64,000 nucleotides of DNA from Eledone cirrhosa (taxonomy: Eukaryota): positions 8,990,001 through 9,054,000 of the forward strand of contig OZ024744.1 of the NCBI GenBank assembly GCA_964016885.1. The letters are read 5' to 3'. The position numbers and the translations under genes were made by a program. The number at the start of each line of letters is the position of its first letter. The first letter of the stretch is position 1. The notes under the pieces were generated by a model, which was given only the letters and a program-made list of their open reading frames with translations, was not told the origin of the DNA and searched no databases. Shown here piece by piece: positions 40,090 through 52,571 of this stretch.

Positions 40090-41635
40090 ACGCTTATCTC
40101 GACTTCACCTCCTCCCTTCCAACCCACAACAAACACTCTATACCCTATTCCCTATTCCTCCTTCGTCGGCTCTGTAGCCAGAATCAAGATTTCGAGTCAA
40201 AGCCCCTCTACATGGCCTCCCACATCTAGTGTCAATATCCCAGCACCCTGATCCTAGCTGCTTTCACCCACGCCATTGAAACCGACCGTACCACAGCCTC
40301 TCATCTCACCGGCGCCCTCCCCACACCTGCCCTCCTTTTCCTCTCACCAGCCACCCCATTACCTAGTGTTTTTCCTAACCCACCTATCACCGTGTTTAAG
40401 CGCGCCCGCAACATCGGTGACCTCCTGGTTCGCAGTTCCCTCTCCTCCTCTCCCACGACTCCAACCGACTCTCATCCTTGTTCCCGTTCCCGTTGCAACA
40501 CTTGTCCGTTCATTTCCACCCTCACTACTCTCACAGGCCTCAACGGTTCATTCCGTACCTGCCACTCCTTCACCTGCACATCCACTCACATTGTGCCCTC
40601 CGGTGTTCCCTTTACGGGTCTTTATACATCGGACAAACAGGACGGCGTATGGATGACTGTTTTGCCGAACATTTGAGGGAGATACGACTCGGTTTGGATA
40701 CTCCTGTCACCCGTCTTTTCCGTTCTCTTAGTCACTCTTCCCTACATATCTCAGTCCTGGGTGTCCTTTTACATCACGGTTCACAGGCCTTACTCACCAA
40801 GACTGAACAGAGTCTGATTTACCGCATTGGGTCCTATTCCCTTCTTGGACTCAACGCACCTCCCCAATTTCTTTAATACCCCGGCCATTATCACACACGC
40901 ACTTGTACATTCACCCCTAGATTCCTATTGCTCTTTCTTGATCATTAACATCTTCTCTTACAACTAATACGGACCGACAAAATATGCATACTCCACTTTT
41001 TCCTTCACTGCTCTGTATACACACATACACCCCCTTATATTAACATTGCCTTGTGCACCACGACAGAACAAGAGTCTGATTTTTCTGCCTTCGATCCAGT
41101 TTCTCGAAAGGACTCAACTCCCCTCGCCAGTTTCTTTAATGTTACACACATACATTCATGCTTATTTCTCTATCCTTTATCACACTCACGTTTACAGCGT
41201 CCGTTATCACACACGCGCTTGTACATTCACCACTAGGTTCTTTAGGCTCTGTTATGGTCAGAAACATATACTCTTAGTTTCGTACGGATGCATAATAACA
41301 CACACACACACACACACACCTACGTATACGCACGCTCACATGTATATCTCAATATACAAAACGGTTTTTTTTCCATTTCAAGTAGACGCGCTCCATCATC
41401 CACTTTTCTAAAAAAACAAATCATACACAAACGCCAAAAGTTTTCCAAGAGATGTCAGCATAAATGGACCTGTTATTTTTATCTAAAGACATTTTTTCCA
41501 ATTCCAACCCGCCCGTCCCTTCAATATATCTTATTTTTCATTCTTTATTTTCATGAAGGACTAGCGTCCGAAACGTTAAGACCCTCTTCCTGCTATTTCA
41601 AGCGTTAACCTAATATATCCCTTCCTTATACTGAA
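40090..41635 (+). mobile_element. Neptune-like PLE 3' fragment
   Basis: YLDFTSS.PTH.KHSIPYS, CSRSRCNTC and LYIGQTGRR; decayed HHR (catga-aggac tagc gtcc-GAAAC-gtta) at ~41549-41582. Confidence 0.8.
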
Positions 41636-41804
41636 CCGATTGTGTTATTTCTGTTTACCTTTTACACACACACATACACACACACACATATATATATATA
41701 TACATTCGTACGTGGTTGGCAGCTGAGAGAAAGGAGTACTCAATACTGAAGTAGAGTATCTAAGCCATCCTTATATATGCTGTGTTTACCAGCAAGTCTC
41801 AGGG

Positions 41805-43132
41805 GGTGGGGGTATCGATGGGAACAGAATGGGTCCAAACTATGCCAACCTGTTTGTTGGCTACGACGAAGCCCTGATCTTCCAGTACGCTGGACCGACT
41901 CCTGAGCTATACGGTCGTTATATCGACGACTGTATCGGCGCCACCTCTCTATCACGAGAACAACTCGACTGCTTTCTTTCTTTTGTCCAATCTTTCCATC
42001 CTGCTCTCACTTTCACCGCCTCCGTCTCCGATTCTTCCGTCGCTTTTCTAGATATCTCTCTATCTATTAATCACACTCACCACACCCTCTCTACTTCCAT
42101 CTTCATTAAACCAACAGACTCCCAATCTTACCTCGACTTCACCTCCTACCATCCAACCCACACCAAACACTCCATAGCCTATTCCCAATTCCTCCCGCTT
42201 CGTCGACTCTGTAGCCAGGACGACGATTTCGAAACCCATTCCCTTCACATGGCTTCCTGCTTCATCCAGCGTGGATATACCCCCACCCTGATCCAAGCTG
42301 CTCTCACCCGCGTCCGTGAAACAGACCGCCCCACAGCCTTCTCACTTCATCCCCGTCCTCACAACACCCGTGTAACTTTCCCTCTCACCTACCACCCTAG
42401 CAACCTACCACTCCGGCGACATATCCTCTGTTCCTTCCGTATCCTCTCTTCTGACCCCGTAACTTCTCGCTTTTTTCCAAACCCACCCATTACTGCTTTT
42501 AAGCGCGCCTGTAACCTCCGCAACCTCTTGGTTCGCAGTTCTTTTTCGTCCTCTCCTACGACTCTACCCGGCTCTCATCCTTGTTCCCGTTCCCGCTGCA
42601 AAACTTGTCCCTTTATTTCCACCCTCACTATTCTTACAGGCCCTAACGGGTCTTTCCGTATCCGCCATTCCTTCACCTGCACATCCACCCACGTTGCCTA
42701 TGCCCTCGGGTGTTTCCTTTGCGGGTCTTTATATATCGGACAAATGGGACGCCGTATGGTAGACCATTTTACTGAGCATTTGAGGGCATTTGAGGGGCAT
42801 ACTCCGTCATTTCTGTTCTCTTGGTCATTCTTCCCTACATGTTTCAGTCCTGGGTGTCCTTTTACATCATGGATCACAGGCCTCGCGCACCAGGACTGAA
42901 CAAAATCTGATCATCGCATTGGGTCATATTCCCCTCTTGAACTCAACTCACCTCCCCAATTTCTCTAATAACTCGTTCATTATCACACGCGCTTGTACAT
43001 TCACCCCTAGATTCCTATTGCTCTCTCATGATCATTAACATCTCTTAAAACTAATACATGCCAACTATATATGCTCACTTCACTTTTCCCTTCACTGCTC
43101 TGTATACACACATACACACCCTTATATTAACA
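41805..43132 (+). mobile_element. Neptune-like PLE, RT C-terminal half plus GIY-YIG
   Basis: ORF 41829-42899: MGPNYANLF, RYIDD, FLDI, CSRSRCKTC, YIGQ; the 3' UTR matches 40880-41045. Confidence 0.9.
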
Positions 43133-43281
43133 TACTTTTGCTGATAGATTCGTACTTACATGCACAGAGATATAGGTTTTGTCTTAGTAACTTTGTGATT
43201 CAATACAAAAAGATGTAGAACAATTATATAAAAGACGTAAAATAAGATAATTATAGTAATTAACTTAGTTACTTAAGTTTC

Positions 43282-43363
43282 ACTCCAACTAATTAGTTTC
43301 TGAAAGGGGATATACATAGTGTTCAAATGGAGACTATGGAGAATCCTTTCTTCATCAGGGAGT
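43282..43363 (-). ncRNA. Intact type-I HHR
   Basis: actcc-CTGATGA-a-gaaagg...cctttc-a-GAAAC-taatta-GTT-ggagt; lies inside inverted repeats at ~43150-43230 and ~43665-43745. Confidence 0.85.
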
Positions 43364-43784
43364 CAATTCTCGGCTAAGATTCCTGACAATACGCGGACAC
43401 AGGGAACTCATACAAAAATAATTCAGTGGATGGAATAAAACAAGCGCGGACTAAGTTCCAAGACACTGAAAATTTCACTGCCTTCCTGGTCAGTGGCAAA
43501 TTCAAAAGAATCAATCACGTGACATCGAGGTTAATAAGTGAGGAGTGAGGTGTTAAAAAGATAGTAGCCAAACTGATACTATGAACCATAGTAGTAATTT
43601 AGGCAAATTTTTGCTCAACAAAATAATTTGGAGATAATTATAAAGAATTAGTATATCTACCAACATATAATTGTTCTACATCTTTTTGTATTGTACCACA
43701 AAGTTACTAATACAAAACCTATATCTCTGCTAGCGTAAGTATACATCTGTATAAAAATGTTGGTAGATATACTAATTCTTTATA

Positions 43785-44320
43785 ATGACCATACAGCTCT
43801 GAGTTTTTCATCCTCAGTGTATACTGATTAATGTTCAGAGCCATCCTCAGCATTCTCGTGTAGCATCCATCCACCATCTGAGTGAGTTTCTTGGTCAGTG
43901 TCCAAGTCTCAGACCCGTACAGTGGAACAGACTCCACTACAGCAATGAAGAGGCGGACTTTCAGGTCTTTACGAAAGTCCTACTTCCACACCGATCTCAA
44001 ACTGTGGCACGCCGCCCAGGCTTTGATCTTCCTCTCAACCACATCATCTTCCGTATTCCCAATCTTTGCTCCCAAATACAGGAAGTCCTCAACCAATTCT
44101 AGCGGGTTCCCGCCTACATTAGTGATCTCCTCTGGCTTCTCAACATTCTCTACCAGATATTTTGTTTTTTTCTCATTCATTCTCGGCCTCACACTCATCG
44201 AGACAGTCTCAACCTCCTGCATCAAATCCTCTGCCTCCTTCACTGTATTTGTAACCAAAACTATGTCGTCGGCAAATTCAGCATCCGATATATTTTTCGC
44301 CTTAACTCTCCTGCTCTGAG
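43785..44320 (-). mobile_element. RTE-like LINE RT fragment
   Basis: EFADD, LELVEDFLYLG, LYGSETWTLTK. Confidence 0.8.
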
Positions 44321-44670
44321 TCGTAATGCTTAATACGTAATGCTTAATACGAAATGCACTTAAACCGAATTCTATATTATAAATTCATTTAAATAATTAT
44401 CGCGTCGTCTTGAGTTCGTTATGAGTCTCTTTTTTATAAAAGCATGCCACAGAGTGTACGATAGATAATGATTACAATATGTTTGAGCAACAACTCTAGT
44501 CCCACACTTTTGAAGGTTTATTATAACATTCTGTGGCTCTTTTGAGCTTGCGCATTTTTCAGGTCTAGTATATATATATGTGTATGTGTGTGTGTGTGAA
44601 TGTATATATATATATATATATATTAAAATACAAATATTAATAAAATAGATGTTCTTTTGATCAATTACAT

Positions 44671-44719
44671 TTTATTATACATATTTCGGATGTACAACAG
44701 TACGTCCTCATCAGACAAA
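44671..44719 (-). ncRNA. Intact minimal type-I HHR
   Basis: tttgt-CTGATGA-ggacgtac tgtt gtacatcc-GAAA-tatgt-ATA-ataaa. Confidence 0.8.
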
Positions 44720-46412
44720 ATATAATGGTACATGACATACCCTGAGATGTTAAATGGTTAAGATTTAATCAAGGTAGTGATTAACCCAAGAGAAACTTTA
44801 ACATTTATACCCTAATAATGAGAAAATGCGAAAACGTAATAAATTCAATAGAGAATGTGTGAGTAAGAAAAACGTTGCTTAATGTAACAGCTATAGAGAT
44901 TTTAAAATGTATGATACTACAATTTATGTTTATCTAGGAAAACATCTCATGAATTATAACAGTCAATGAGAGCCACTGGAATAGGATATATAGAGAGGGA
45001 AAGATAAGGGGGGTAATATATGCAGAAGGAGATTTTTTCCGAAAGTTAAACGGTTAAGTTTGAAAATATTTAATTTATGCTATTTTAGGGTGAAGAATCA
45101 AGATTTTAGGTTGTTGTTTTTTTTAAATTGCTGGTTATTTATATTTAATAGTTTTGTAAATTCTATAGTCTGTTAACATTTCTAAACTTCTGAATTTTAT
45201 GAGGATAACATTTAAAGGATTTAGCTGGCCAGCGGAAAGGAAAGTTTACACTGTTGAATATTTTCATAAATGTAAACTTTACCGAAGATAATCATTGTCA
45301 ACATATATGGTATGTAAATCTTATGAAGTACTTATTGTTAGAAATATTTTTGGTCTACCCTAGAGATACTTAACTTTGCCATGCAATCAGCCATACGCTG
45401 ACCCAGAGCTTACCAGGGGTTATATAGACGTGGTTCTAATAGGGCCCCTGACAGGTTCTGTGAGTAGACTACATTTACAAAGAACTTTGATATGTAGATC
45501 TGACTCTTCGTATGGAATATTCAGTTGTAGCACTCTATGATAGGGAGTAATCATCCTAATATAGATACCTTTAGTACTTCATGATAGAGTAGACTGTAAT
45601 TAAAGATAGGATACTTAAATTTGGAAACTGTATATAACCGTATATATAAGGGACTCAATTGAGACACCTTTTAATGTATGTTGAAATAATAATTTTAGTT
45701 ACAGAAATCAGCTAGTTACCTCCCCTCACGCATTAACTCCCCTTAATCACACACATACTTCCGGATAATAAAACGATGTAAATTCTCGCAACAGAAACAA
45801 CCTGCTCTATAAAATTGGATTAAAGAACAAACGTTAAAGCCGCAACAAGCTATAATAATTTAACTTAATACATCAAACATCCAATACGGAATCATCGTTA
45901 ATTATGTGAAGGACATATAAACTATATATTACGTTTCCTGAATCGTGAAAATGGTGGTGTATACAAAAACCATAACATTATTTTGCTTCTCATTTATACT
46001 ATTTCTCTGTACACAAGCTTCTTTATCATACACAAAAAATACCTTACCACTACAACCTCCATAATACTCTTGATTACCCGCTTAAAGTGCTTGTATTGCA
46101 TATAACACTCTGCCACACAATAATCATATATAAATAAGACACACGTGCATGCCCCACGTGTAAATAATGCATACAATAACTACTACAACTGACTAACAAA
46201 CTATCCTCTTGCATTATCTACGTTAACTGCCGATGTTGTATTTTAATTTTAATTTTGCTTTGATTCTGTTTTAATATGATTTTAATTTTTAAATTTAAAT
46301 TGCCATTCAGAAATAATATAACATATGTCACCCCACATCAATATACACATATGTATCTGTATGTTTCTTGCGTTGGAAAGGAGGTCATGTATGTATACAA
46401 ACATTGAAAAAT

Positions 46413-46458
46413 GGTCCGAAGACGCCAAGCCTCGGTTTGGATGAAACAATTGTAAGCT
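46413..46458 (+). ncRNA. Degenerate HHR
   Basis: CCGAAGA..ccaagc ctcg gtttgg..GAAAC-aatt-GTA. Confidence 0.55.
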
Positions 46459-46669
46459 AATAAATGGTTTGAACATAACTTTCATTCCTGTGAATTCTAT
46501 ATAACTGTTCTGTAGAACAACTGATGTTATTACATTGAGCTATTTATCTTACTGGTAATAAGGTAGTAATTAATTACTGTCTTTCACTGTTTAGGGTTTA
46601 AAATATATATAACTATAAAAAGTTTTAGTATATACATAACCATAAATAGTATCCTTAATACTATATATG

Positions 46670-46712
<43 letters not shown>

Positions 46713-46764
46713 CGTTTCTGAATTTGTTTAGCAAGATTCTTTATCTGAAAACGTGTGTTGAAAG

Positions 46765-47303
46765 AGATATTGTTATATTTTGGGAGGGTCATGTTGCCAA
46801 AAAGAAACACACGCACCAGTTGCCTCCACTCCAATTTATTATAAATTAAATTTAAATTTAAATATATAAATTTAAGAAATTTGTAAATTTCCAGTTGGTT
46901 GGTTGATTCCACAACCGGACAGTTGTTCATATGTTGTCAAAGTTCTTTCGTCACACATTCTGTAACCTCTTCATATATAAACAAACAAATAAACAAATAA
47001 AAACACGCACAGGCACCCGAATGTAACACATGCGCAAACTAAGCACACAACAGACACAAAAACAAGATGGCGTAGGACAGAACAAAGGAGAGGCACAAAA
47101 CAAAGCAAAGAATCCCCAGTCACTGAAGAGGTCACAGAATGTGTGAAGAAAAAACTTTGACAATATATGAACAAGCGTCCGGTTGTGGAACCAAATTAAA
47201 TTTTCAAATTTAATTTATGAAATTAATTTATAATAATTTGAAGTGAAAGCAACTGGTGCGTGTATTTTTCCTATTGGCAACATGACCCTCCCAAAGTATA
47301 ACA

Positions 47304-47308
<5 letters not shown>
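46765..47308. mobile_element. Inverted pLTR-like pair with decayed HHR
   Basis: ~46765-46972 matches ~47122-47308 in reverse; gtca-CTGAAGA-g-gtcaca..tgtgaa-GAAA..tt-tgac at 47119-47161. Confidence 0.7.
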
Positions 47309-47340
<32 letters not shown>

Positions 47341-47490
47341 CATTTATATATATAAACATATATATATATAAATGGAAAAAATGAATAAATATTTCGTATC
47401 TCCAAAGAAATACGGTTTTAGGAAGCCGTAGCTATGCAAACACCGGGGTCTAACGCCTTCTGGTGATGTCCAGCAGAAGCAAGGGGGACA

Positions 47491-47534
47491 ACCGTCTATG
47501 CATTTCAGGCTTAACTGGCCTTCCTCAGGACGGT
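47491..47534 (-). ncRNA. Intact minimal type-I HHR
   Basis: accgtc-CTGAGGA-aggc cagttaa gcct-GAAA-tgc-ATA-gacggt. Confidence 0.9.
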
Positions 47535-47874
47535 CCCTCCCAGCGCTTGCGACTGCTGAACTAGAAGACAGGCGAGAATATATACTTTTCTCGTCTGTCC
47601 CCCTTGCTTCTGCTGGACATCACCAGAGGGCGTTAGCCCCCCCCCCCCCCCCCCCCGGGTGTTTGCTAAAACCGCATTTCTTTGGAGATACGAAATATTT
47701 ATACATATTGTATAAAGCTATGCTTGAAGCGAAATCCTATTTCTTTTTTATTATAAGTTGAGCCAACTTATGCAGCTTCATATTCAAATGAGATTAATCA
47801 CCTCATTTACATAGACGAGAAAAGTATATATTCTCGACTGTTTTCTAGTTCAGCAGTCGCAAGCGGTGGGAGGG

Positions 47875-47918
47875 ACCGTCCTGACGAAGGCCAGTTAAGC
47901 CTGAAATGCATAGACGGT
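47875..47918 (+). ncRNA. Intact minimal type-I HHR
   Basis: accgtc-CTGACGA-aggc cagttaa gcct-GAAA-tgc-ATA-gacggt. Confidence 0.9.
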
Positions 47919-48071
47919 TGACCCCCCTTGCTTCTGCTGGACATCACCAGAGGGCGTTAGCCGCCCGGTGTCTGCATAGCTACGGCTTTCTAAAACCGTA
48001 TTTCTTTGGAGATACGAAATATTTATACATATTGTATAAAGCTATGCTTGAAGCGAAATCCTTTTTCGGAT

Positions 48072-49075
48072 AAAATGAAATTCATTTATCACACTTAGCA
48101 CGGCTGATACTTAGATATAAATATGTTTACGTACATACATATATATATACAGACGTACAGTAGTATGTATATACATGCATGCACACATATATATATGTTC
48201 GTATGGGTTTACCGAACATTTATTAGAATGCTCGGTTTGTTTGTAAACAAACAGCCCGAATTATTAGCCGTACAGTGTTCGGCAACCATCGTTGCCATTT
48301 TGTTCAACACTGACAAAAGAACGATGAACTAGTTTCTAGCTTATTAGCTATCGTCAACACCGTATACCTTCCTGTCAGTCGATTGAACGTTTGAAAGTAT
48401 ATATGTTCCTTATGCATTTTAACGGCTGAGCAGCCTAAATTGCATATCGAGTGAGTTAGGCGGCCGGGAGTACAGAAAACGAGAAATTTCATTTTCACAC
48501 TTAGCACGGCTGATACTTAGATATAAGTATGTATACGTACATACATACATGTATACAGACGTACAGTAGTATATATATACATACATACATGCACACATAT
48601 GTATATATGTACGTAAGGGTTTACCGAACATTTATTATAATTCTCGGTTTGTCCGTAAACAAACAGCCCGAATTATTAGCCGTACATTGTTTAGCAACCA
48701 TCGTTTCCCTTTTGTTCATCACTGACAAAGGAACGATGAACAAGTTTCTAGCATATTAGCTGTCATCAGCACTCTATACCTTCCTGTCCTTAGATTGAAC
48801 GTTTGAAAGTATATACTTTCCTTATGCATATTAACGGCTGAGCAGCCTAATTTGCATATCGATTGTGTTAGTCCGCCGGGCGCATCGAAAACAATAAATG
48901 GAAAAAATGAAATTTCATTTCTCACTCTTAGTACAGATGTTACTTAGATATAAGTATGTATACATACATACATATATGTATACTGACGTACAGTAGTATG
49001 TATAAACATACATACATCCACACACATATATATATATATATGTACGTATATGTATATATATTATACATATATATA
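48072..49075 (-). mobile_element. Tandem ~410-bp HHR-containing repeat (~2.4 units), retrozyme-like
   Basis: Units start near 48075, 48484 and 48907; HHRs at 48322-48362 and 48734-48774. Confidence 0.75.
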
Positions 49076-49135
49076 TATTATATATATATATATATATAGA
49101 AAGATTTGAATGGATACAGTTTAGTTGAAAGGAAT

Positions 49136-49255
49136 TTATTGACACGTGTTTCTATAACAGTTACATAACCTAAAACAGCTGCTATCTACAAACTTTTAGT
49201 TATGCAGACATTCAATATTTCAATGTTATTATTTACTGTCATTTCATCAGAATAA
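49136..49255 (-). ncRNA. Type-I HHR with large stem-II insert, core intact
   Basis: ttatt-CTGATGA-a-atgacagt...actgttat-a-GAAAC-acgt-GTC-aataa. Confidence 0.85.
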
Positions 49256-49791
49256 TATTACTGAAGACCTATTTAGTTTTTATAGAGAATATTAGGAGGG
49301 AGGGGTGAAGTTGTTAGAAGAATAGTTGAAGGAGTGGTTTTTCGATAGCAGTGAGAATTCTTGGTGGCAGTGAGTAATTAGATTCCCATCTGTTGTTTTG
49401 ACATTTTTTATAGAATATATTATTGGTTATTTTTCTAAATCTATAGAAGGATTAGAGATAGTAAAGATATGCGTGGTTGGTTTTGTGTTTGCACTTAATT
49501 AACATTCAGACTTAAATTTTTCTTTCAAGTGTACGTATCCTTTCACCCACGCATTCACACACAAATATATTTGCACACCTCTACAAAATACATATACTCA
49601 CAATTCACATATTCATACTTACATATATATATACACATGCATACACATATATATACACACATGTATTCATGTACATACATACGCGCTCATGTGTATACAT
49701 TTTCATACTCAACTTATCTTTATATACACACGTATAGACACACACATATATACATACATATACATATACATATATATATAGGTGTGTATAT

Positions 49792-49822
<31 letters not shown>

Positions 49823-50532
49823 CCTGTCTCATGGTCGGGTCGTTGGCGACTAAACTGGCAACCCCACCAAGGTTTCTTTGTGAGGAAGGTGACTTTGGAC
49901 ATCCTGCAGGACTAAAAACAAAACCTGTCAAAGGGCAAAGGAGCTCTTAAGAGTCAATGGCCATCCAAAATCACCGGGTGAGATGACCCCTTAGCCTTTG
50001 TCAAGGGAGAATTCTAGGAGAAGCAAAACTCTGATATAACACCTGCAACCCTGATGGTATCCAATGATGTTGACTTGTTCTTCGTTTTGGTAAATATCAT
50101 CTTGGTTAAGAGAGTGGGACTGGCTTTGTGCAGTGCCTTTGCTCACTATAAAAGCTTCACGGCACAGGCATTGCTTTATATCTGGAGATCTCTCTGCACT
50201 TGTCGTCACATGGTACCATGGGCCCAGCACTATGTGTCAATAATTGTCACAAGTGTAGTGTTTGTACCAGAGTTTTCAAGTCGCTAGCTGGACTAAAAAG
50301 TCACACTTGTTCAGCCCATCGGTAGGGGTTCTCCTACATGGATATAAAGTAGTGGCCGTACTCGAAAACGAGTTGGCAGCCACCATATATATATATTAGA
50401 AAGTGAGGCTTTTTTACAAAATGAAAAATAACCGAGGTGTCCTACACGAGTGAAAGTATAAAGAAAAAAAGATGAAATCGAAAATGCAACTGGAGTGTTA
50501 TTTTAAAAAAAATATATATATTTATTTGGTTC

Positions 50533-50565
50533 CTTTACCGGTTTCGCAGTTCTGCTTTTCAAAAG
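50533..50565 (-). ncRNA. Minimal HHR, U3-A8 variant
   Basis: ctt-TTGAAAA-gca gaac tgc-GAAAC-cg-GTA-aag. Confidence 0.7.
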
Positions 50566-51319
50566 TAGAGTTGAGATGGAGGGTCTGTGGTTTTTCTCAC
50601 ATCTGGTTGGTCTCTGAATGTTACTTGTTTTATATGGAAAAAGTGGCTCGAAATGCCAGGTATTTCGAGAAGTAATTTGATTGGTTGGTCAATAATTATA
50701 ATAAATATCGCGCCAGTTCGCGTTACAAAGTTCTTCAAACAAGGGGGGGGGGGGTGTCACAGGTTGTTTTTTCATTTATGAGTGTTTGAATTTCTTTTTA
50801 CTTGAAAAAAGGGGCTCATGAAGGCTTTTTTTTAATAAGCGTAATTTGATTGGTTATAAATGAAATTATGGCTGTCACGTGAACAAGTTTTCATTAAATT
50901 TTCGCGCCGTTATTTGGAAATCCATTCTGTAGACGTTTTAGAGAATTTTATGATAAGTAAAAGATAATGGTCAAGAGAAATGGGATGGGAGAATTGTTCT
51001 GGTTCAGTGAATATGGTTAGTTCGCTGGGGTGTCAGAATTCAGATTTTCTATTGAATAAAGAAAGTAAAGATATGTATGTTTATTTGTGTGCTTGTGTGT
51101 GTGTGCGCGCGTGTGTGTGTGTGTGTGTGTATGTGTGTGTGTGTGTGTGTGTGTTGTGTGTGTGTGTTTGAATTTCTTTTTACTTAAAAAAGGGGGCTCA
51201 CGAAGGCTTTTTTTTAATAAACGTAATTTGATTGGTTATAAATGAACAAGTTTTCATTAAATTTTCGCGCCCTTATTTGGAAATCTATTCTGTAGCCTTT
51301 TTAGAGAATGTTATGACAA

Positions 51320-51495
51320 ATTGGCAGTATCGGTAGAGGGTCGGACGCCATGCTTTCCAGCATAGTTACGTCCCTTTACGATCTGAGTTCAAATCCCGTC
51401 GAGGTTGACTTTGCTTTCATCCTTACGGGGTCGATAAAATAAAGTACCTGTAATGCACTGGATAATTTGCTGGCCTTGTGCCTAAAGTAGAAACA
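51320..51495 (+). mobile_element. Main-family SINE with 10-bp TSD
   Basis: gttatgacaa at 51310-51319 and 51496-51505. Confidence 0.92.
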
Positions 51496-52571
51496 GTTAT
51501 GACAAGCAAAAGATAATGGTCAACAGGAATGGGATGGGAGAATTGTTCCGGTTCAGTGAATATGGTTAGTTCGCTGGGGTGTCAGAATTCAGATTTTCTA
51601 TTGAATAAAGAAAGTAAAGATATGTATGTTTATTTGTGTGCTTGTGTGCTTGTGTGTATGTGTATGTCTGTATTGGAAGATGATTCTATTAGTAGAAATG
51701 GGGGAGGGAGTTGTGTGTGTATATGGGTGTTATGTGTGTGTGTGTGAGAGTATGTTAAGATGGAGAGAATATATACTTTGTGTGTGTGTATATATGTGTG
51801 TAGGAAAGTGATTCTATTAGTAGAAATGGGGGAGGGAGTTATGTATGTGGGTGTGGGGGTTGTTATGTGTGTGTGTGTGTGGGTGTTATGTGTGTGGGAG
51901 TATGGTTAACATGTTAAGATGAAGAGAATATATATATATTGTGTGTGTGTGTAGGAAAATGATTCCTTTAGTAGGAATATTTTTGAATGAACATATTTTC
52001 CTTACTTATTCGTATTTGTTCTGTTGTATTGTCAGTGCAAACGTATGTTAAGGTTTATTTAGTTCCGGTTTTTATTTTCTAAAGTAGAAGGTGTTATGTG
52101 TATGTGTCTGTTTGGATGGTTAGCATGTTATGGTGTTGACATAATGTATATTAAACCATATTTAATGCTGGTCTATATTTTTGAATAAACATATTTTCCT
52201 TATTTATTCGTATTTGTTCTGTTGTATTGTTAGCGCAAAGGTAAAATGGGAAGACTTGGAATTTGGGTGTCCTATTACTTGCGCATATTTCTAGATGTGT
52301 ACTGAGTGGTATCTGTTTCGTGGTTGGATCTCGTAATTGTTGGCGATGAACTGTCATTCTGTTTCTGAGTGTGAGTTTAGTTTGTCCTATATAATCTTCA
52401 TTGCATCCTTTACATTTAATGGCATAAAGTAGATTTTTTGATAAGCAAGTGAAGTGATTTTTTACAGTAAAATTTTGTCCTGCTTTAAATGTATACGTGT
52501 TGCCTTCAATGAGGTGAGTGCAGGTTCCACAATTAGAGCGACCACATTTTTTGATACTTGGTTGTGCAGTC

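Larger units (their letters stand above)
50400..52570 (-). mobile_element. Neptune-like PLE 3' end with internally duplicated 3' UTR
   Basis: CGRSNCGTC, NLLYAIKCKGCNEDYIGQT, RMTVH...KYRPALN; ~50780-51110 is duplicated at ~51165-51650. Confidence 0.8.

Noticed and set aside
49830-50390. Possible host exon
   Set aside because: Short ORFs on both strands without recognisable motifs or convincing splice context.
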